Origin: a virus | Taxonomy: Duplodnaviria > Heunggongvirae > Uroviricota > Caudoviricetes | Virus record (IMG/VR): IMGVR_UViG_2513237368_000009 | Strand: one strand, 5' to 3' | DNA: 54,214 nucleotides | Shown here: in pieces, positions 11,068 to 22,023 of the stretch | How the letters are laid out: the number at the start of each line of letters is the position of its first letter | Numbering within the stretch: the stretch's first letter is position 1 | Notes under the pieces: generated by a model | What the model was told of the DNA's origin: nothing | Seen by the model: only the letters and a program-made list of their open reading frames with translations | Database searches by the model: none | Position numbers and translations under genes: made by a program

Positions 11068-14000
11068 CTATTCATTTAATTGAGCTTCCAACTTTTCAAT
11101 ACGATCTTGTTGCGACTGCATTTTTTTGTACATCTCTTGAATCATAACAGTGAGATAAGATAACTGTGTACCATCATCACGTCCTTTTTTATCTGAAGCA
11201 AGAAATTCATCTGGCTCAGTGTACTGAGACACTTCATTCACGTCATCAATAATGTATGAAGCATATCTTTTATTGATCCCTTGTTTTACATCATCTTTAA
11301 ATGAATATTTATATATATCAGTAGAATTGATTGCATCTATTGCGTCTTGTGCATCCAATTTAACAATATTGGTCTTAGCACTCAGTAATGAGGTCTGTGT
11401 AACTGATTTAACATGTAAGACTGCATTACCACCAGAACCACCATTACCATCAATGTAAAAGTCGCCACCACTAGTTGCTCTCAAGTTGTTGTTATTATTT
11501 AGAATAACTCCTCCACCTTGGAACATAGTATTGACTGTAAACTTATTGCTGTCCGCATATATCATACGTGTCCCGCCAGATTTAGAATCCCAATAGAATA
11601 TTGAACCTCTAAGACCAATATTACCCTGTCCTGAACTACTTCCCACAACCGCATCATGAGCGCCTGTACTTGACATTATCAGATCAGCTGTACCGTTTAT
11701 TCCCGAATCAACATAGAGTGGAGGAGTGATACTTACAGTATTTGCTCCGTATGCTCCTCCAACACCAGTAGCCCAATAAGCAATCGCTGGCTGAAAATCG
11801 GCACTTGCCATTGTTTTAGCACTATCAGTCGGGACAAATTGACCTATTCCAATGTAGTCACCGCCATAAGGATCTCCCCATACTGTTTGTTGAGCTAATC
11901 CCATAACTAAACCTGAACCACCCGTACCTTTCATGGTAGCAGTTTTATAATCCCATCCAAATCCTTTGATATATCCCTGAATTTCAGATTGATAATCACT
12001 GGCATTATTGGTTGAACCTACTTTGACAGGAACAGTAAATGACATTCCATTAACATCTACATCTGTACCCCAAACTAACCTAGTATCAGTTGTACTTAAA
12101 TTACCTATATGCAACTTACTATTTGCTTGAATTACATTTGTTGATATTACACCATTCTTAATGTAAGTATCAGTCCCACTGCCATTAGTATTATGAAAAC
12201 CATTTTGGTCTATCCATGTTTGATTTCCAGAAGCATTGACATATATACTACCGTTTGTAAAGTCGAGATTCATATTCTTGGCAACGGCTGTACCAGTTAT
12301 TACATTGGCATTTATGGTAGGTATAACTACTGGATTGCTACTATCAATTTTGACATGATCACCACGTAATAAAATAGTCTTGTTACTATTATTTACTCCA
12401 TGAGCGTCAAGTGTAATACCATTGCTATCCATAGAAAACATATTGGTGTAATCAGTATCATTAGGGGCTAAACTCCAATCAGTCGCAACTGAACCCTTTT
12501 CTAATTTGACGTTAGAAAATGTGATTGTCCCCACAAAGTTATCTAATCTAAATCCAATCATAGTAGCTATATTAGCAGTAGTAGTTCCTACACTAAATGT
12601 CTTAGAAAAATGTCCTGAAGTGTTAGAGCTTGAAACCGTACCACTTAAACCCATTCCCCATGGAACATTATTCCATTGAATGCTATAAGTTCCAGATGGT
12701 GAGCTACCTGAAACCGACCAATCAAAACTGACTGTAAATTGTGTTCCATAGACAGTAGCAAGTTTAGAAACGTTATATCCATTAGCTAATAAATAATTGG
12801 CCATCGTTTGATTAGCTGTATTTGTACCAGTCAGACTTGCAGATTTACTTGTACCCAATAACAAATTAGTACCAACCGCACTATTATCTAATTGAGTTTG
12901 TATTGCACTCGTTTTAACGTTAAATGTTCCAGCAGTAGCACTAATTTGGGTATCTGCATACGTCTTTGCACTAGCTATGGCATTACTTTGTGCATTGTTT
13001 GCTTTAGTTGTGGCATCTGAACTGGCAGTAGAAACGGCATTACTTTGTGCGTTGTTTGCTTTTGTCGTAGCGTCACTTGCAGCAGTAGAAACAGCAGCAT
13101 TCTTAGCATTCGTTGCTGAAGTATCTGCATAGGTCTTTAACGTTGTGGTTGTACTTGACAAATTAGCACTAAACGTTCCAGCAGTCGCAGTAATCTGTGT
13201 ATCAGCATAAGTCTTTGATTGAGTAATTGCATTACTTTGCGCAGCATTAGCCTTAGTTGTGGCATCGGCTTGTATATCTCCAATAGATGGACTCCAATCA
13301 GTTACCGTGTTTCCCATTTCCAATTTAGGATGGTAGAAAGCAATATAAGTACCTGAATTAACCAAATCAAAAGTTTTTAAATATAAATCGAACACTCTTA
13401 ATCCTACATTGTCATAAGCCCAAGTTTTTGTGCTAGTTATACGGTATAGATTATCACCAACTTTGACTAGGGTTACGGGTTGTAAATCATGTCCTTTACT
13501 TGAAAACCATGTAATAAAGTTACCTGTGTAACTTGAAATAGTACAATCTGTAGCAATATAGATAGATTGAGTATATGTTGCACCCTTTATAGGTACGATA
13601 CCTGTATTATTATTCCACGGTGAACCAGCTTGTGGTAGAATTTCATTACCATTAGCAGTGGGTCTACTACTTGAAAGGTTGACATACGCTTCCGTACCAT
13701 TCCAAGTAGTATTCGGAATACCATATCCCATAATAAATGGCTGACCTGTTCCATCAATTAAATTAGTTCCACCAATTTGCTGATTATCTAAGTTGCTCTG
13801 AACGGCATTAGCTTTGGTAGTTGCGTCACTTGCTGCCGTTGCAATTGCTGCTGCCGTTGCATTGTTAGCTGAATTATCAGCATAAGTTTTCAAGGTTGTA
13901 GTTGTGCTTGTTAAATTAGCCGATAATGTGCTTGCCGTAGCAGTTATCTGATTATTAACATAATTAGTTGTAGCATTATCTTCTGGGTTAGTTGAATAAT

Positions 14001-17000
14001 CCGTGGCTACTAAGCCTTTCTCAAGTTTCCATTTCTTAACCCATATATCTACAGTATCTCCTGCAACAACATTGAAGTATAATACTGAAGCCGCTCCAGT
14101 GCCAGAAGAAATATTACCTGTCGTTATCCATCTTTGATATGAAGTTGATAATGTCAATCCATTTGAAACATAGCCTGTATTTCCTTCTACTGTAAAAGCA
14201 TTAACAGTTGTATTTGCAAATGTTCCCTTTACAGAAACGGATAAAGCATACTGAGCTGGATAATTTTTGGATAATTGATTATTATAAAATCCTCGAACTG
14301 AATTTTGAGTAACAGTTCCAGATAAATGCCATGCTGTATCGCCATCAGAGTCCGTCTCAATCTTAGTAGTCAATCCAGCCGTTCCACCAGAACCACTAAA
14401 ACTTGTAGTTCCATACCATGGACTAAACATGCTTGTTCCATATAGTAGGTTAGTACCAACCGCACTATTATTCACTTGATTTTGTATTGCGCTAATATTC
14501 GTTGCATAACCATCACTAGTTGCCTGTAATGTGTTTATTTTTCCATTTGCACTAGCAATACTCGAATCCCAACCTGTTGCCCTAGCTTTCAATTGGGTGA
14601 TATCTCCATTTGATGTAGCTAAGTCTGCTGCTATTTGATCAGCCTTTTGAGATACATTGGTTACAGATGTGACTGTTGCATTCTCACTAGGACAAGTAGA
14701 ATAATCTGTAGCAACTGAACCTAATTCTAATTTAAAATTCCGAATTTTAAATACTCCAGTTGTACCTCCAGATATTGATAATCCAAAATCAAGACCTCCT
14801 GACACATCAGATGGAGTTTTCCCAGTAACTACTAATTTTTGCCATACTGAAACTTTACTTGTATCTAAGAGTGCTACATAATTTCCTGTAGCAGCTGAAT
14901 TTGAACCATAAGATCTAAAGTGTATATCATTATCAGTTCCAGACCCTGACACATTAACAATGTATATTTCAGCGGATAAAGTATAGTATTGTGATGGCAA
15001 AAACCCCGATTGTATGGTGTGCATGTAGCCTTGGCGTGCTGAACTTGTGGTTGATTTAGTAAATGTTACAAAATTTATAGCATCGAGACTAGCAGTAGCT
15101 GGAGACTGGGCATACCAATTTTTTTCTAATGTGCTTCCGCTTATTAGGTTAGTACCTACTGCACTATTATTAACTTGATCTTGTAACGTACTCATCTTAC
15201 TTACGGTACTATTTAAACCATCTGCATTAGCTGTAACCTTTTGTTCTGCACTAGTTACTCTACCAGTTAAATTATCAAAATCTGTCTTAGCCGTCTTCTC
15301 TGCAACCTCATCGTTAAGTACAGATATTTGTGCAGTTTGATTTGTAACTGTTTGACTAAGTGTATCAACAGATGTCTTATCAGCTTTGAGTTGTAAGCCT
15401 TCTGTGTTAGCCGTGATTTGATTTTGTTGTTTTACTGTTACATCAACGTTATCTTGTGCATTTGTAGTATAAGCACCGTTATTAATAGTCGATTTGACAG
15501 CTAAAAAGTTAGAAAATTGTAAATGACCATTTCTCTTTAATTCTGCTCTAATCGCAAACTTAGAAGCATCAGAATGAGAAATTTGATATTTATATTTCAA
15601 TCTTTTTGGATTGCTACCAATGACTTCACAATCAGATATTTGTAACTCTTTATAATCGATCCTACTATTAGAAGTGTTGAATACTTCAAGTATCAAAACA
15701 TTATTGTTGTCAAGAGTGACATCTGTTAGCTGGTTCATATCAAAAGCTACTACAATTACATCGTTGTCCTTGGCTTCAAAATAGTTAGATTCAATAGATA
15801 TTGGAGAGTCTGCGCTTAATCCACTCTGCTTAAAATCGACCCAATTCTTGTTATTTGAATCTGAAACAACATTAGCTTTTGCGCTTACACTTTGCCATCT
15901 ATTTAAACCTGATGTGAAACCACTATTTAAAATTTCGTTGTTGTTTGAATCACTGATATTGTCAATTTGTTGATTAATCTCTTCCGAAAATGTAGCTTGT
16001 AATTCTCCAGCTTTACTATCAATTTTTGTGTTCACATCTTGAACACTACCATTTAATGAAGTGATATCATTCTGAGCAATAACTATCTTATCGCCAAGTT
16101 GTGATATAGAAGCACTTTGTTCTTCTTGTTCGTCTCCTAGTTGTGTTTGTTTTAATGTCACACTGGAGATTTGATCACTGGTAATTTTTTGCTGTGCTTC
16201 TGAATGTTCAATTCTCTCAAAGTTATCAGCACTATTCATTTCCCAATATGTTACTTCACTACCTGTTTCAAGTTTTGCCTCATTGATTAAGAGTGCGTTT
16301 CCACTACTTACTGAACCAGTCAGTCCAAAAGCTATATTGATCGTGTCGCTTGAAGCAACAAAGGTTACTGAATATGTTTGAGGGTCAGTTGTTACATTCT
16401 GATCGTTATTTTTTGTCTTTAATATTCCAGCAGTTTTCTCTTGAACGTTTATCGTATCGCCAGACTTAATCGTCTTAGCAACCACCGATAAAGTGTACGT
16501 GTTGCCACTTGTTAGCCCGCTCACGCTCATAGAGATTGTCTCTGTACTCTTCGTTAATGAAGCCCAATAACATGCGTTATACAGACTGTCTGTCACACTC
16601 ACGTAGGCTGGATTACTAATTACCCAATTGTACCAATCTCTTGTACCCAGCAATAAGTTTGCTTTCTTAACTTGAAAATCGTTCATCTTGTTTGTGAGCT
16701 TATCTTCTGACACTTTGCCTGAAATCTCATCAGCTTGTTGTGATAAATCACTTTGAACCTTTGTTATATTTTGGTTAGCTAAAGTGAGATCTTCTTTTGT
16801 GGCTTTACTATCTAAGCCCTCGGCATTGATTAATATGTCAGCCGTATTCTTTTCAATCTGTTCTTGTGCAGCATCAAGATTAGCTTTTTCTGCTTTAGTT
16901 TCGATTTGACCCTTAACAGTATCTAATGTTTGAGATATGTCATTCTGTCCAATTTTGACATTGGCTAAATCAGATTTGACATCATCCAAATTTGTCTTTG

Positions 17001-17388
17001 TGTTACCTAAATCTGTACTAAGTGATTGAGCTTTATCGTTTAATGTTTGAATATTGTCATTATGATCCTTCAATTCTTTTTGAGCATCTGCAATATCTCC
17101 ACTTAAACTCGTTTGAGCATCAGTAATCCGTGTATTTAACTGACTCTTTGCCTCAGCTAAATCGGCTTCTGTCTGAGCTTTCAAGTTATTAGTAGCAGTT
17201 TCAATCTTGTCATCAACCTCTGAACTTGTTACACCGTCTTTGATTGCTACACCATTTTGAACTATGTCATTGATAGCCGAAACTATATCTGTTTTGACGG
17301 TAGTATTTAGGTTATCAAGATTCCCTATGTCTTTAACAGTAGGATATAAATATTCTCCATTAACTAAACTTTTAATAATTCTTGCCAT
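11068..17388 (-). CDS. Large tail fibre / host-specificity protein with repeated carbohydrate-binding-like modules and a C-terminal intramolecular chaperone (S74-like)
   Basis: 2106 aa. Coiled-coil spacers alternate with modules starting (V/G)GTNL(L/I)xGT and ending KLExGxxATD(W/Y)S. C-terminal SLLSAKTNIVKL...DIYKYSFK followed by a coiled coil. Confidence 0.85.
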   Translation of the reverse strand: MARIIKSLVNGEYLYPTVKDIGNLDNLNTTVKTDIVSAINDIVQNGVAIKDGVTSSEVDDKIETATNNLKAQTEADLAEAKSQLNTRITDAQTSLSGDIADAQKELKDHNDNIQTLNDKAQSLSTDLGNTKTNLDDVKSDLANVKIGQNDISQTLDTVKGQIETKAEKANLDAAQEQIEKNTADILINAEGLDSKATKEDLTLANQNITKVQSDLSQQADEISGKVSEDKLTNKMNDFQVKKANLLLGTRDWYNWVISNPAYVSVTDSLYNACYWASLTKSTETISMSVSGLTSGNTYTLSVVAKTIKSGDTINVQEKTAGILKTKNNDQNVTTDPQTYSVTFVASSDTINIAFGLTGSVSSGNALLINEAKLETGSEVTYWEMNSADNFERIEHSEAQQKITSDQISSVTLKQTQLGDEQEEQSASISQLGDKIVIAQNDITSLNGSVQDVNTKIDSKAGELQATFSEEINQQIDNISDSNNNEILNSGFTSGLNRWQSVSAKANVVSDSNNKNWVDFKQSGLSADSPISIESNYFEAKDNDVIVVAFDMNQLTDVTLDNNNVLILEVFNTSNSRIDYKELQISDCEVIGSNPKRLKYKYQISHSDASKFAIRAELKRNGHLQFSNFLAVKSTINNGAYTTNAQDNVDVTVKQQNQITANTEGLQLKADKTSVDTLSQTVTNQTAQISVLNDEVAEKTAKTDFDNLTGRVTSAEQKVTANADGLNSTVSKMSTLQDQVNNSAVGTNLISGSTLEKNWYAQSPATASLDAINFVTFTKSTTSSARQGYMHTIQSGFLPSQYYTLSAEIYIVNVSGSGTDNDIHFRSYGSNSAATGNYVALLDTSKVSVWQKLVVTGKTPSDVSGGLDFGLSISGGTTGVFKIRNFKLELGSVATDYSTCPSENATVTSVTNVSQKADQIAADLATSNGDITQLKARATGWDSSIASANGKINTLQATSDGYATNISAIQNQVNNSAVGTNLLYGTSMFSPWYGTTSFSGSGGTAGLTTKIETDSDGDTAWHLSGTVTQNSVRGFYNNQLSKNYPAQYALSVSVKGTFANTTVNAFTVEGNTGYVSNGLTLSTSYQRWITTGNISSGTGAASVLYFNVVAGDTVDIWVKKWKLEKGLVATDYSTNPEDNATTNYVNNQITATASTLSANLTSTTTTLKTYADNSANNATAAAIATAASDATTKANAVQSNLDNQQIGGTNLIDGTGQPFIMGYGIPNTTWNGTEAYVNLSSSRPTANGNEILPQAGSPWNNNTGIVPIKGATYTQSIYIATDCTISSYTGNFITWFSSKGHDLQPVTLVKVGDNLYRITSTKTWAYDNVGLRVFDLYLKTFDLVNSGTYIAFYHPKLEMGNTVTDWSPSIGDIQADATTKANAAQSNAITQSKTYADTQITATAGTFSANLSSTTTTLKTYADTSATNAKNAAVSTAASDATTKANNAQSNAVSTASSDATTKANNAQSNAIASAKTYADTQISATAGTFNVKTSAIQTQLDNSAVGTNLLLGTSKSASLTGTNTANQTMANYLLANGYNVSKLATVYGTQFTVSFDWSVSGSSPSGTYSIQWNNVPWGMGLSGTVSSSNTSGHFSKTFSVGTTTANIATMIGFRLDNFVGTITFSNVKLEKGSVATDWSLAPNDTDYTNMFSMDSNGITLDAHGVNNSNKTILLRGDHVKIDSSNPVVIPTINANVITGTAVAKNMNLDFTNGSIYVNASGNQTWIDQNGFHNTNGSGTDTYIKNGVISTNVIQANSKLHIGNLSTTDTRLVWGTDVDVNGMSFTVPVKVGSTNNASDYQSEIQGYIKGFGWDYKTATMKGTGGSGLVMGLAQQTVWGDPYGGDYIGIGQFVPTDSAKTMASADFQPAIAYWATGVGGAYGANTVSITPPLYVDSGINGTADLIMSSTGAHDAVVGSSSGQGNIGLRGSIFYWDSKSGGTRMIYADSNKFTVNTMFQGGGVILNNNNNLRATSGGDFYIDGNGGSGGNAVLHVKSVTQTSLLSAKTNIVKLDAQDAIDAINSTDIYKYSFKDDVKQGINKRYASYIIDDVNEVSQYTEPDEFLASDKKGRDDGTQLSYLTVMIQEMYKKMQSQQDRIEKLEAQLNE

Positions 17389-17431
17389 TAACTTTTAACC
17401 ACCGCCATCTTTTTAAATTTTTTATATGTAT

Positions 17432-17454
17432 AAAAAGGGATATATTATCCCTTT
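17432..17454 (-). terminator. Intrinsic terminator after the major tail gene
   Basis: Minus strand AAAGGGAT-AATAT-ATCCCTTT followed by further Ts. Confidence 0.55.
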
Positions 17455-17471
17455 AAATGTCAAGATTACTA

Positions 17472-18575
17472 TTACTCAATAATCTTGTATGTTGCCAAAT
17501 CGTTCTTATCGTTAGGGAACAAGTCAAAGACGATTGACAATGAAGTTGGTTCTTTTGCACTCTGTGTCAGAGTAAAGTTTGATTGTGGACGTGCATTGAA
17601 GTAATGTAACTGAATGAACGAGTCCTTACCACTTTGCTGATCACGAATGTAAGCATCACCGTAAATCTCGAATGCTGGAGCAAATGTGTCAGCACCAACA
17701 GTAACAGTTGTTACACCAGTTACAGATGCAACGTAGTAAACTACATAATCTGCACCAACGATAGCTTCGTCAGAAAGTTGAATTGCTCCACCTTCACCAA
17801 CAGTAAAGCTCAAACCTGATTCACCAGCAGCGTTTGCAGCAGCAGTTGCGATTGCGACAGCTTCATCGGTTGCCTTTACAACAGCCCCAGCAGTTGAAGT
17901 ACCAGCAGCAGCAGTAGTAATTACAACCTCTGCGGAAACAGGTGATTGACCATTCCCATTGATAGCCGTTACAGTATACTTGTACTGTGTTTCTGCAACC
18001 AAGTCGCTATCACTGAATGAAGTAGTAGTTGGTTGACCGATTTGTACGCCATCACGATATACAACATACGAGTTAGCTCCGTTAGGAGCTGACCATGTGA
18101 TATCTGCTGAAGTATCTTTGGCAGTAACAGCTACGTCAGTAACCATTACTGGCACTGAACCAGCATCACCAGTAATCTTCTGTGGAATCTCCGAACCATC
18201 ATGTTCAACTCCATCTTCTTTTAACTTGAATACTGATACTGAATCTGACTTAGGAACAGATTCTAGCTTGAATGCCTTGCTTGAATCCAAGGTAAATGTC
18301 TCACGTCGGAAGATATCTGCTGAACCTTGATCTAATCCACTACCAACTGTCATAGCCAATAGTTTCAAGTCAAACAATTCAGATTCAAGAGTCAACTTAC
18401 CAGCACGGTTTGTATCCCATGCAATAGCATTTGCACCTTTCTTTGTTGCATATACACGATCTGAACTCCACTCACTTGTAGTAGCGTTAGCATAATCGAT
18501 GTACATTGCAACTTTCTTACTAGCCTTTTCCAATAATGTAATATTGGAGGCATCTTTCATACCAAAAATTGCCAT
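17472..18575 (-). CDS. Major tail (tube) protein with an inserted fibronectin type III domain
   Basis: Tube-like N- and C-terminal parts. Central DITWSAPNGANSYVVYRDG...YKYTVTAING FN3 signature. Confidence 0.75.
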   Translation of the reverse strand: MAIFGMKDASNITLLEKASKKVAMYIDYANATTSEWSSDRVYATKKGANAIAWDTNRAGKLTLESELFDLKLLAMTVGSGLDQGSADIFRRETFTLDSSKAFKLESVPKSDSVSVFKLKEDGVEHDGSEIPQKITGDAGSVPVMVTDVAVTAKDTSADITWSAPNGANSYVVYRDGVQIGQPTTTSFSDSDLVAETQYKYTVTAINGNGQSPVSAEVVITTAAAGTSTAGAVVKATDEAVAIATAAANAAGESGLSFTVGEGGAIQLSDEAIVGADYVVYYVASVTGVTTVTVGADTFAPAFEIYGDAYIRDQQSGKDSFIQLHYFNARPQSNFTLTQSAKEPTSLSIVFDLFPNDKNDLATYKIIE

Positions 18576-18586
18576 TTATAATCACC

Positions 18587-19369
18587 TCATATATTTTTTT
18601 GTAGCGATATCTTTTCTCGCCAATTCTTTAATTCCATGTCTGATGTATCAAACTTATAGGCTGTGTAGATTTGTAGGTTCTGTTCATAGTATTCTTTTTC
18701 CATGTACAGTTTTATTAAATTGTTGAATTGATAGTAGTTCATTTCCCCTATCTCTTTGAATGAGATATACGAGGTAGACGAGCCTTGTAAAATAAGGATT
18801 TTATCGCCCAATTCAACCTTTTGTTCTTTGCTTAACTTTCTTACTCGTCCTTTATACACATTTTTCCAAATTCTCAATTGCGCCTTAGACATATTCTTAG
18901 GAGCAATCAAGTCTTCATTGGGTTTTGCCATTGTGATAGCCTTGACACATTCACTAAAATCTAAAAACTCTTGTTTATCAATTACCCAATTTAATTTCTT
19001 ACATATTGCTTTTTTGTTACTTAAAAACTGAAAATCATCTTCGTTTAATTTAGTCCAATAAGCAAAGCCTTTAGCAAACAGTTGGTGTAGTGTCGAGTCT
19101 GATTGTGAAATCATGTTTCCGATTTCTTTATTACCCTCTTTATCAAAGGACATATCCCATAATGTTGGGAATGCTTCTTCCATTTGATCCACTATCTCTG
19201 CCATGCCTGAGTAAAGCTCTCTTATCGTTATGGAGAATGGTTTTATATAAAGAGAAAGCTCTGTTTCTCCCATCGTTACAATCTCATCAATTGTCGGAGC
19301 ATATATATTAACTTTGTCATTGAATGGTATAATTCCTTTTAATAATAGGCTTGTGTAGTTTATATTCAT
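18587..19369 (-). CDS. Hypothetical virion morphogenesis protein
   Basis: 260-aa ORF in the head-tail operon. Confidence 0.55.
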   Translation of the reverse strand: MNINYTSLLLKGIIPFNDKVNIYAPTIDEIVTMGETELSLYIKPFSITIRELYSGMAEIVDQMEEAFPTLWDMSFDKEGNKEIGNMISQSDSTLHQLFAKGFAYWTKLNEDDFQFLSNKKAICKKLNWVIDKQEFLDFSECVKAITMAKPNEDLIAPKNMSKAQLRIWKNVYKGRVRKLSKEQKVELGDKILILQGSSTSYISFKEIGEMNYYQFNNLIKLYMEKEYYEQNLQIYTAYKFDTSDMELKNWREKISLQKNI

Positions 19370-19379
19370 GTCAATATTC

Positions 19380-19865
19380 CTACTTGTAATCTATAACTCT
19401 GAACATTATAGTATATCCGCCAAACCTATTATCTTGTTGCCAATTCTCGACTAAGTTACCTTCTTGAATCTTACCCATTCCATAGAAATTATTATCTTGG
19501 AACAAGTCATAAACTCTTTGCAAGAGTAAATCTTGTCTATATCCTTCGTCCATTTCCATGATATTTCTATCGACTAATATGTTGAAATACAGATAACCCA
19601 TTACATATCTTTCAGAGAATTGTCTCCACGATTCTTGTGGGACAAAACCACTTATACCCATTGTTATATAACTGCTTTGACTCTCAACAGTTTTAGGTAC
19701 ATAAGTAGTTCCGTGAATCTTATCCTTGACGAGAGCTAATTTTTCATCTTCTGTCAAAGCCTCACGAGATAAAGCATCCGAAGTAGGGTATTTCAACATT
19801 TTAGCTATATCGTCATCATGACAAATTGTATCTATCATGTTTTGCTTCCATGTTGTAATCTGCAT
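19380..19865 (-). CDS. Putative tail terminator/completion protein
   Basis: 161 aa, position just before the tail genes. Confidence 0.45.
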   Translation of the reverse strand: MQITTWKQNMIDTICHDDDIAKMLKYPTSDALSREALTEDEKLALVKDKIHGTTYVPKTVESQSSYITMGISGFVPQESWRQFSERYVMGYLYFNILVDRNIMEMDEGYRQDLLLQRVYDLFQDNNFYGMGKIQEGNLVENWQQDNRFGGYTIMFRVIDYK

Positions 19866-19936
19866 TACAGAACTATTGGGAGAGTGTAATTTTCTTCTAG
19901 TTATTTTTATCAGATAAATACGCCACCCTTCTTAAT

Positions 19937-20959
19937 TTAAAATTTAGCTATTATCTTTACAGATAAACTTTGATACTGATCATTAACTTTAGCAAGAATG
20001 TTCATCATGTTTCCTATATAGCGTGAGTCGTCTATAACACTAAACTGGAACATATCTTCATCACGTTCTAGTATATTTATAGGCAAGGTTTGAACGCTCT
20101 CTACGTCCCATTCTGACACTTTGAGAGGGGTCTTACTTCCGTCTTCATTCACTTGAACTACCGAGTAACTGTAAGACCTTCCTAATCTAGCCTTTTGCTC
20201 ACCAACTATATTAATAGTAGGAATTGCAATATTACTACTATCAGAAGGGTTCTCTTCTTTTTCACCATTGAAACCCCAATAGTTTGCTATTCCTAGCTCA
20301 ATATTGTCTAATTCTGGGTTTAATGTATCTTCATCTAATAGCAAGTTGATAAGTCCAATTCTTGAAATAGAATCGGCAAACTCAACCTTGTAAACTTTGC
20401 TACTTATGAAAAATCTGTCTCCTATAGTTATCTGACTTGTCTCGGAGTTATTTTTAACATATAGCATCATTTTACCATTGATTAAAGATAGGTTGTTACC
20501 CGTAAAGGAAACACCTAATGTATACAATGTCTGGTTTTGGACGTAAGCGCCCCAACCGTTACCATTGTTTGAAACTTTTTTAGTCTCTTTGTCTACTATC
20601 CATTTAATCGAGTGATTTACGTGTTTAATCTTTAATTGCTGATGTGTAGGAATTGTCTTAAATTCACCAGTGAAGATCAGCCATTGTTCACTACGCCAGT
20701 TTACATAAGAACCGACTCCACAATTAACACTATTGGGTAAGATAATATATTTATCATCAGATAAATCTTTATTATTACTTTGTGATTGATCCTGAAATAT
20801 AGCTTGTGTCGGAATATTATCTATAATGCAATCTTCTTTATCTAGTGCATTAGCAAAGTATTTATTAAACTCTCTCGTCTTATCGTGCATGTTTCTATCA
20901 TATCGAGTAGCGCCGACTCTCTTCATATGATTTCTAAAACTATCTGAAAAACTACTCAT
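19937..20959 (-). CDS. Putative head-closure protein with a C-terminal Ig-like domain
   Basis: 340 aa, neck position, beta-rich C-terminus (INIVGE...YSYSV). Confidence 0.45.
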   Translation of the reverse strand: MSSFSDSFRNHMKRVGATRYDRNMHDKTREFNKYFANALDKEDCIIDNIPTQAIFQDQSQSNNKDLSDDKYIILPNSVNCGVGSYVNWRSEQWLIFTGEFKTIPTHQQLKIKHVNHSIKWIVDKETKKVSNNGNGWGAYVQNQTLYTLGVSFTGNNLSLINGKMMLYVKNNSETSQITIGDRFFISSKVYKVEFADSISRIGLINLLLDEDTLNPELDNIELGIANYWGFNGEKEENPSDSSNIAIPTINIVGEQKARLGRSYSYSVVQVNEDGSKTPLKVSEWDVESVQTLPINILERDEDMFQFSVIDDSRYIGNMMNILAKVNDQYQSLSVKIIAKF

Positions 20960-21390
20960 TATGCCATATCTCCATAAAGGTCTGATTGTGCATATTCATA
21001 ATCATTTAGACCTTCTTGAATTTCGGTTCTTAATTGGCGCTCCATTTTACTCAATTTATCTAAATATTGATAACCTTGAACGGCTTGATAATCTCTATCA
21101 CCGATAGCCTTTCTCGTCATTTCTTCCGAGTTTTTAGTTCTCATTACCCATTCAAGTTTCATTGCTTTTGCCAAATAGGCAATTTCAAATCTACTAAGTG
21201 TGACATTGAACTGTTTAGCTTCTTCATCAGTATCATACACATCTTTATGATAGTTGATAAACATGACACGACCAGCATCGAGATATCCATAAAGCACTTC
21301 CTCTAATTCGTCATCATCAATAGCACTGAAATCGTAACTATCAATGGTATTTAAGAAAACCTTATAAACCTCTGAATATTTAGTTGCCAT
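20959..21390 (-). CDS. Putative head-tail adaptor
   Basis: 143 aa beginning MATKYSEVYKVFL; neck position as in SPbeta-like phages. Confidence 0.5.
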   Translation of the reverse strand: MATKYSEVYKVFLNTIDSYDFSAIDDDELEEVLYGYLDAGRVMFINYHKDVYDTDEEAKQFNVTLSRFEIAYLAKAMKLEWVMRTKNSEEMTRKAIGDRDYQAVQGYQYLDKLSKMERQLRTEIQEGLNDYEYAQSDLYGDMA

Positions 21391-21405
21391 ATTTATTTAT
21401 TCCCC

Positions 21406-21975
21406 CTAACCCTCCTGAGAGGCTTTCACGTCATTCCAAAAGAGGTCTTCCTTATCATCAATAATTCTACTAATTAAGTCCATTTTTTCTCCGTCTAAAG
21501 AGCGATCCTTACGATAGATGTCAACTGAATTTTCGATAATAGGATTCTTGATTGAGCTTTTAAGAGCTTTCTTGTAATCTTCTATATCAGATTCTTTGAT
21601 AAAATACTCAAAATCACTTGATGCAACCGTTGTACTGTTATCAACTGAATCTAAATCTACATCTTCGATATATTCAAAATAGTCTTCGTAGGTTTTTTCA
21701 ATATGCAATGCTGTAGCAACGTCCATGATACTTACGTTTTCGTCCAATACGTCTGATATGATTAATCTCATGTCTGTGAAGTAAGGGCGTAATTGTGACA
21801 ACATTGTTCTTAATTCCCCAAAGGTAACTGTCTCTTCATCTCCACGTTCCTCAAACTTTATAAAAGTTGTCTTATGAACGTCTTCCCAGAAGAAGCTACC
21901 TCCAAGATTGCTTTGGATAAAAATTTCTGTTTCTTTATCGATACTAATTCTTTTCTTCCTTTTTCTTTCTGACAT
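21406..21975 (-). CDS. Hypothetical protein following the capsid gene
   Basis: 189-aa acidic ORF with GGGAGAG RBS. Confidence 0.55.
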   Translation of the reverse strand: MSERKRKKRISIDKETEIFIQSNLGGSFFWEDVHKTTFIKFEERGDEETVTFGELRTMLSQLRPYFTDMRLIISDVLDENVSIMDVATALHIEKTYEDYFEYIEDVDLDSVDNSTTVASSDFEYFIKESDIEDYKKALKSSIKNPIIENSVDIYRKDRSLDGEKMDLISRIIDDKEDLFWNDVKASQEG

Positions 21976-22023
21976 TACTTACACTCTCCCTTTCTCTATT
22001 TAACTAGACACTCTAGTTATTTA

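Noticed and set aside
7605-17388. Shufflon or invertible tail-fibre system driven by the recombinase; DGR
   Set aside because: No inverted partial fibre cassettes or inverted crossover repeats were seen, and there is no reverse transcriptase or TR/VR pair.
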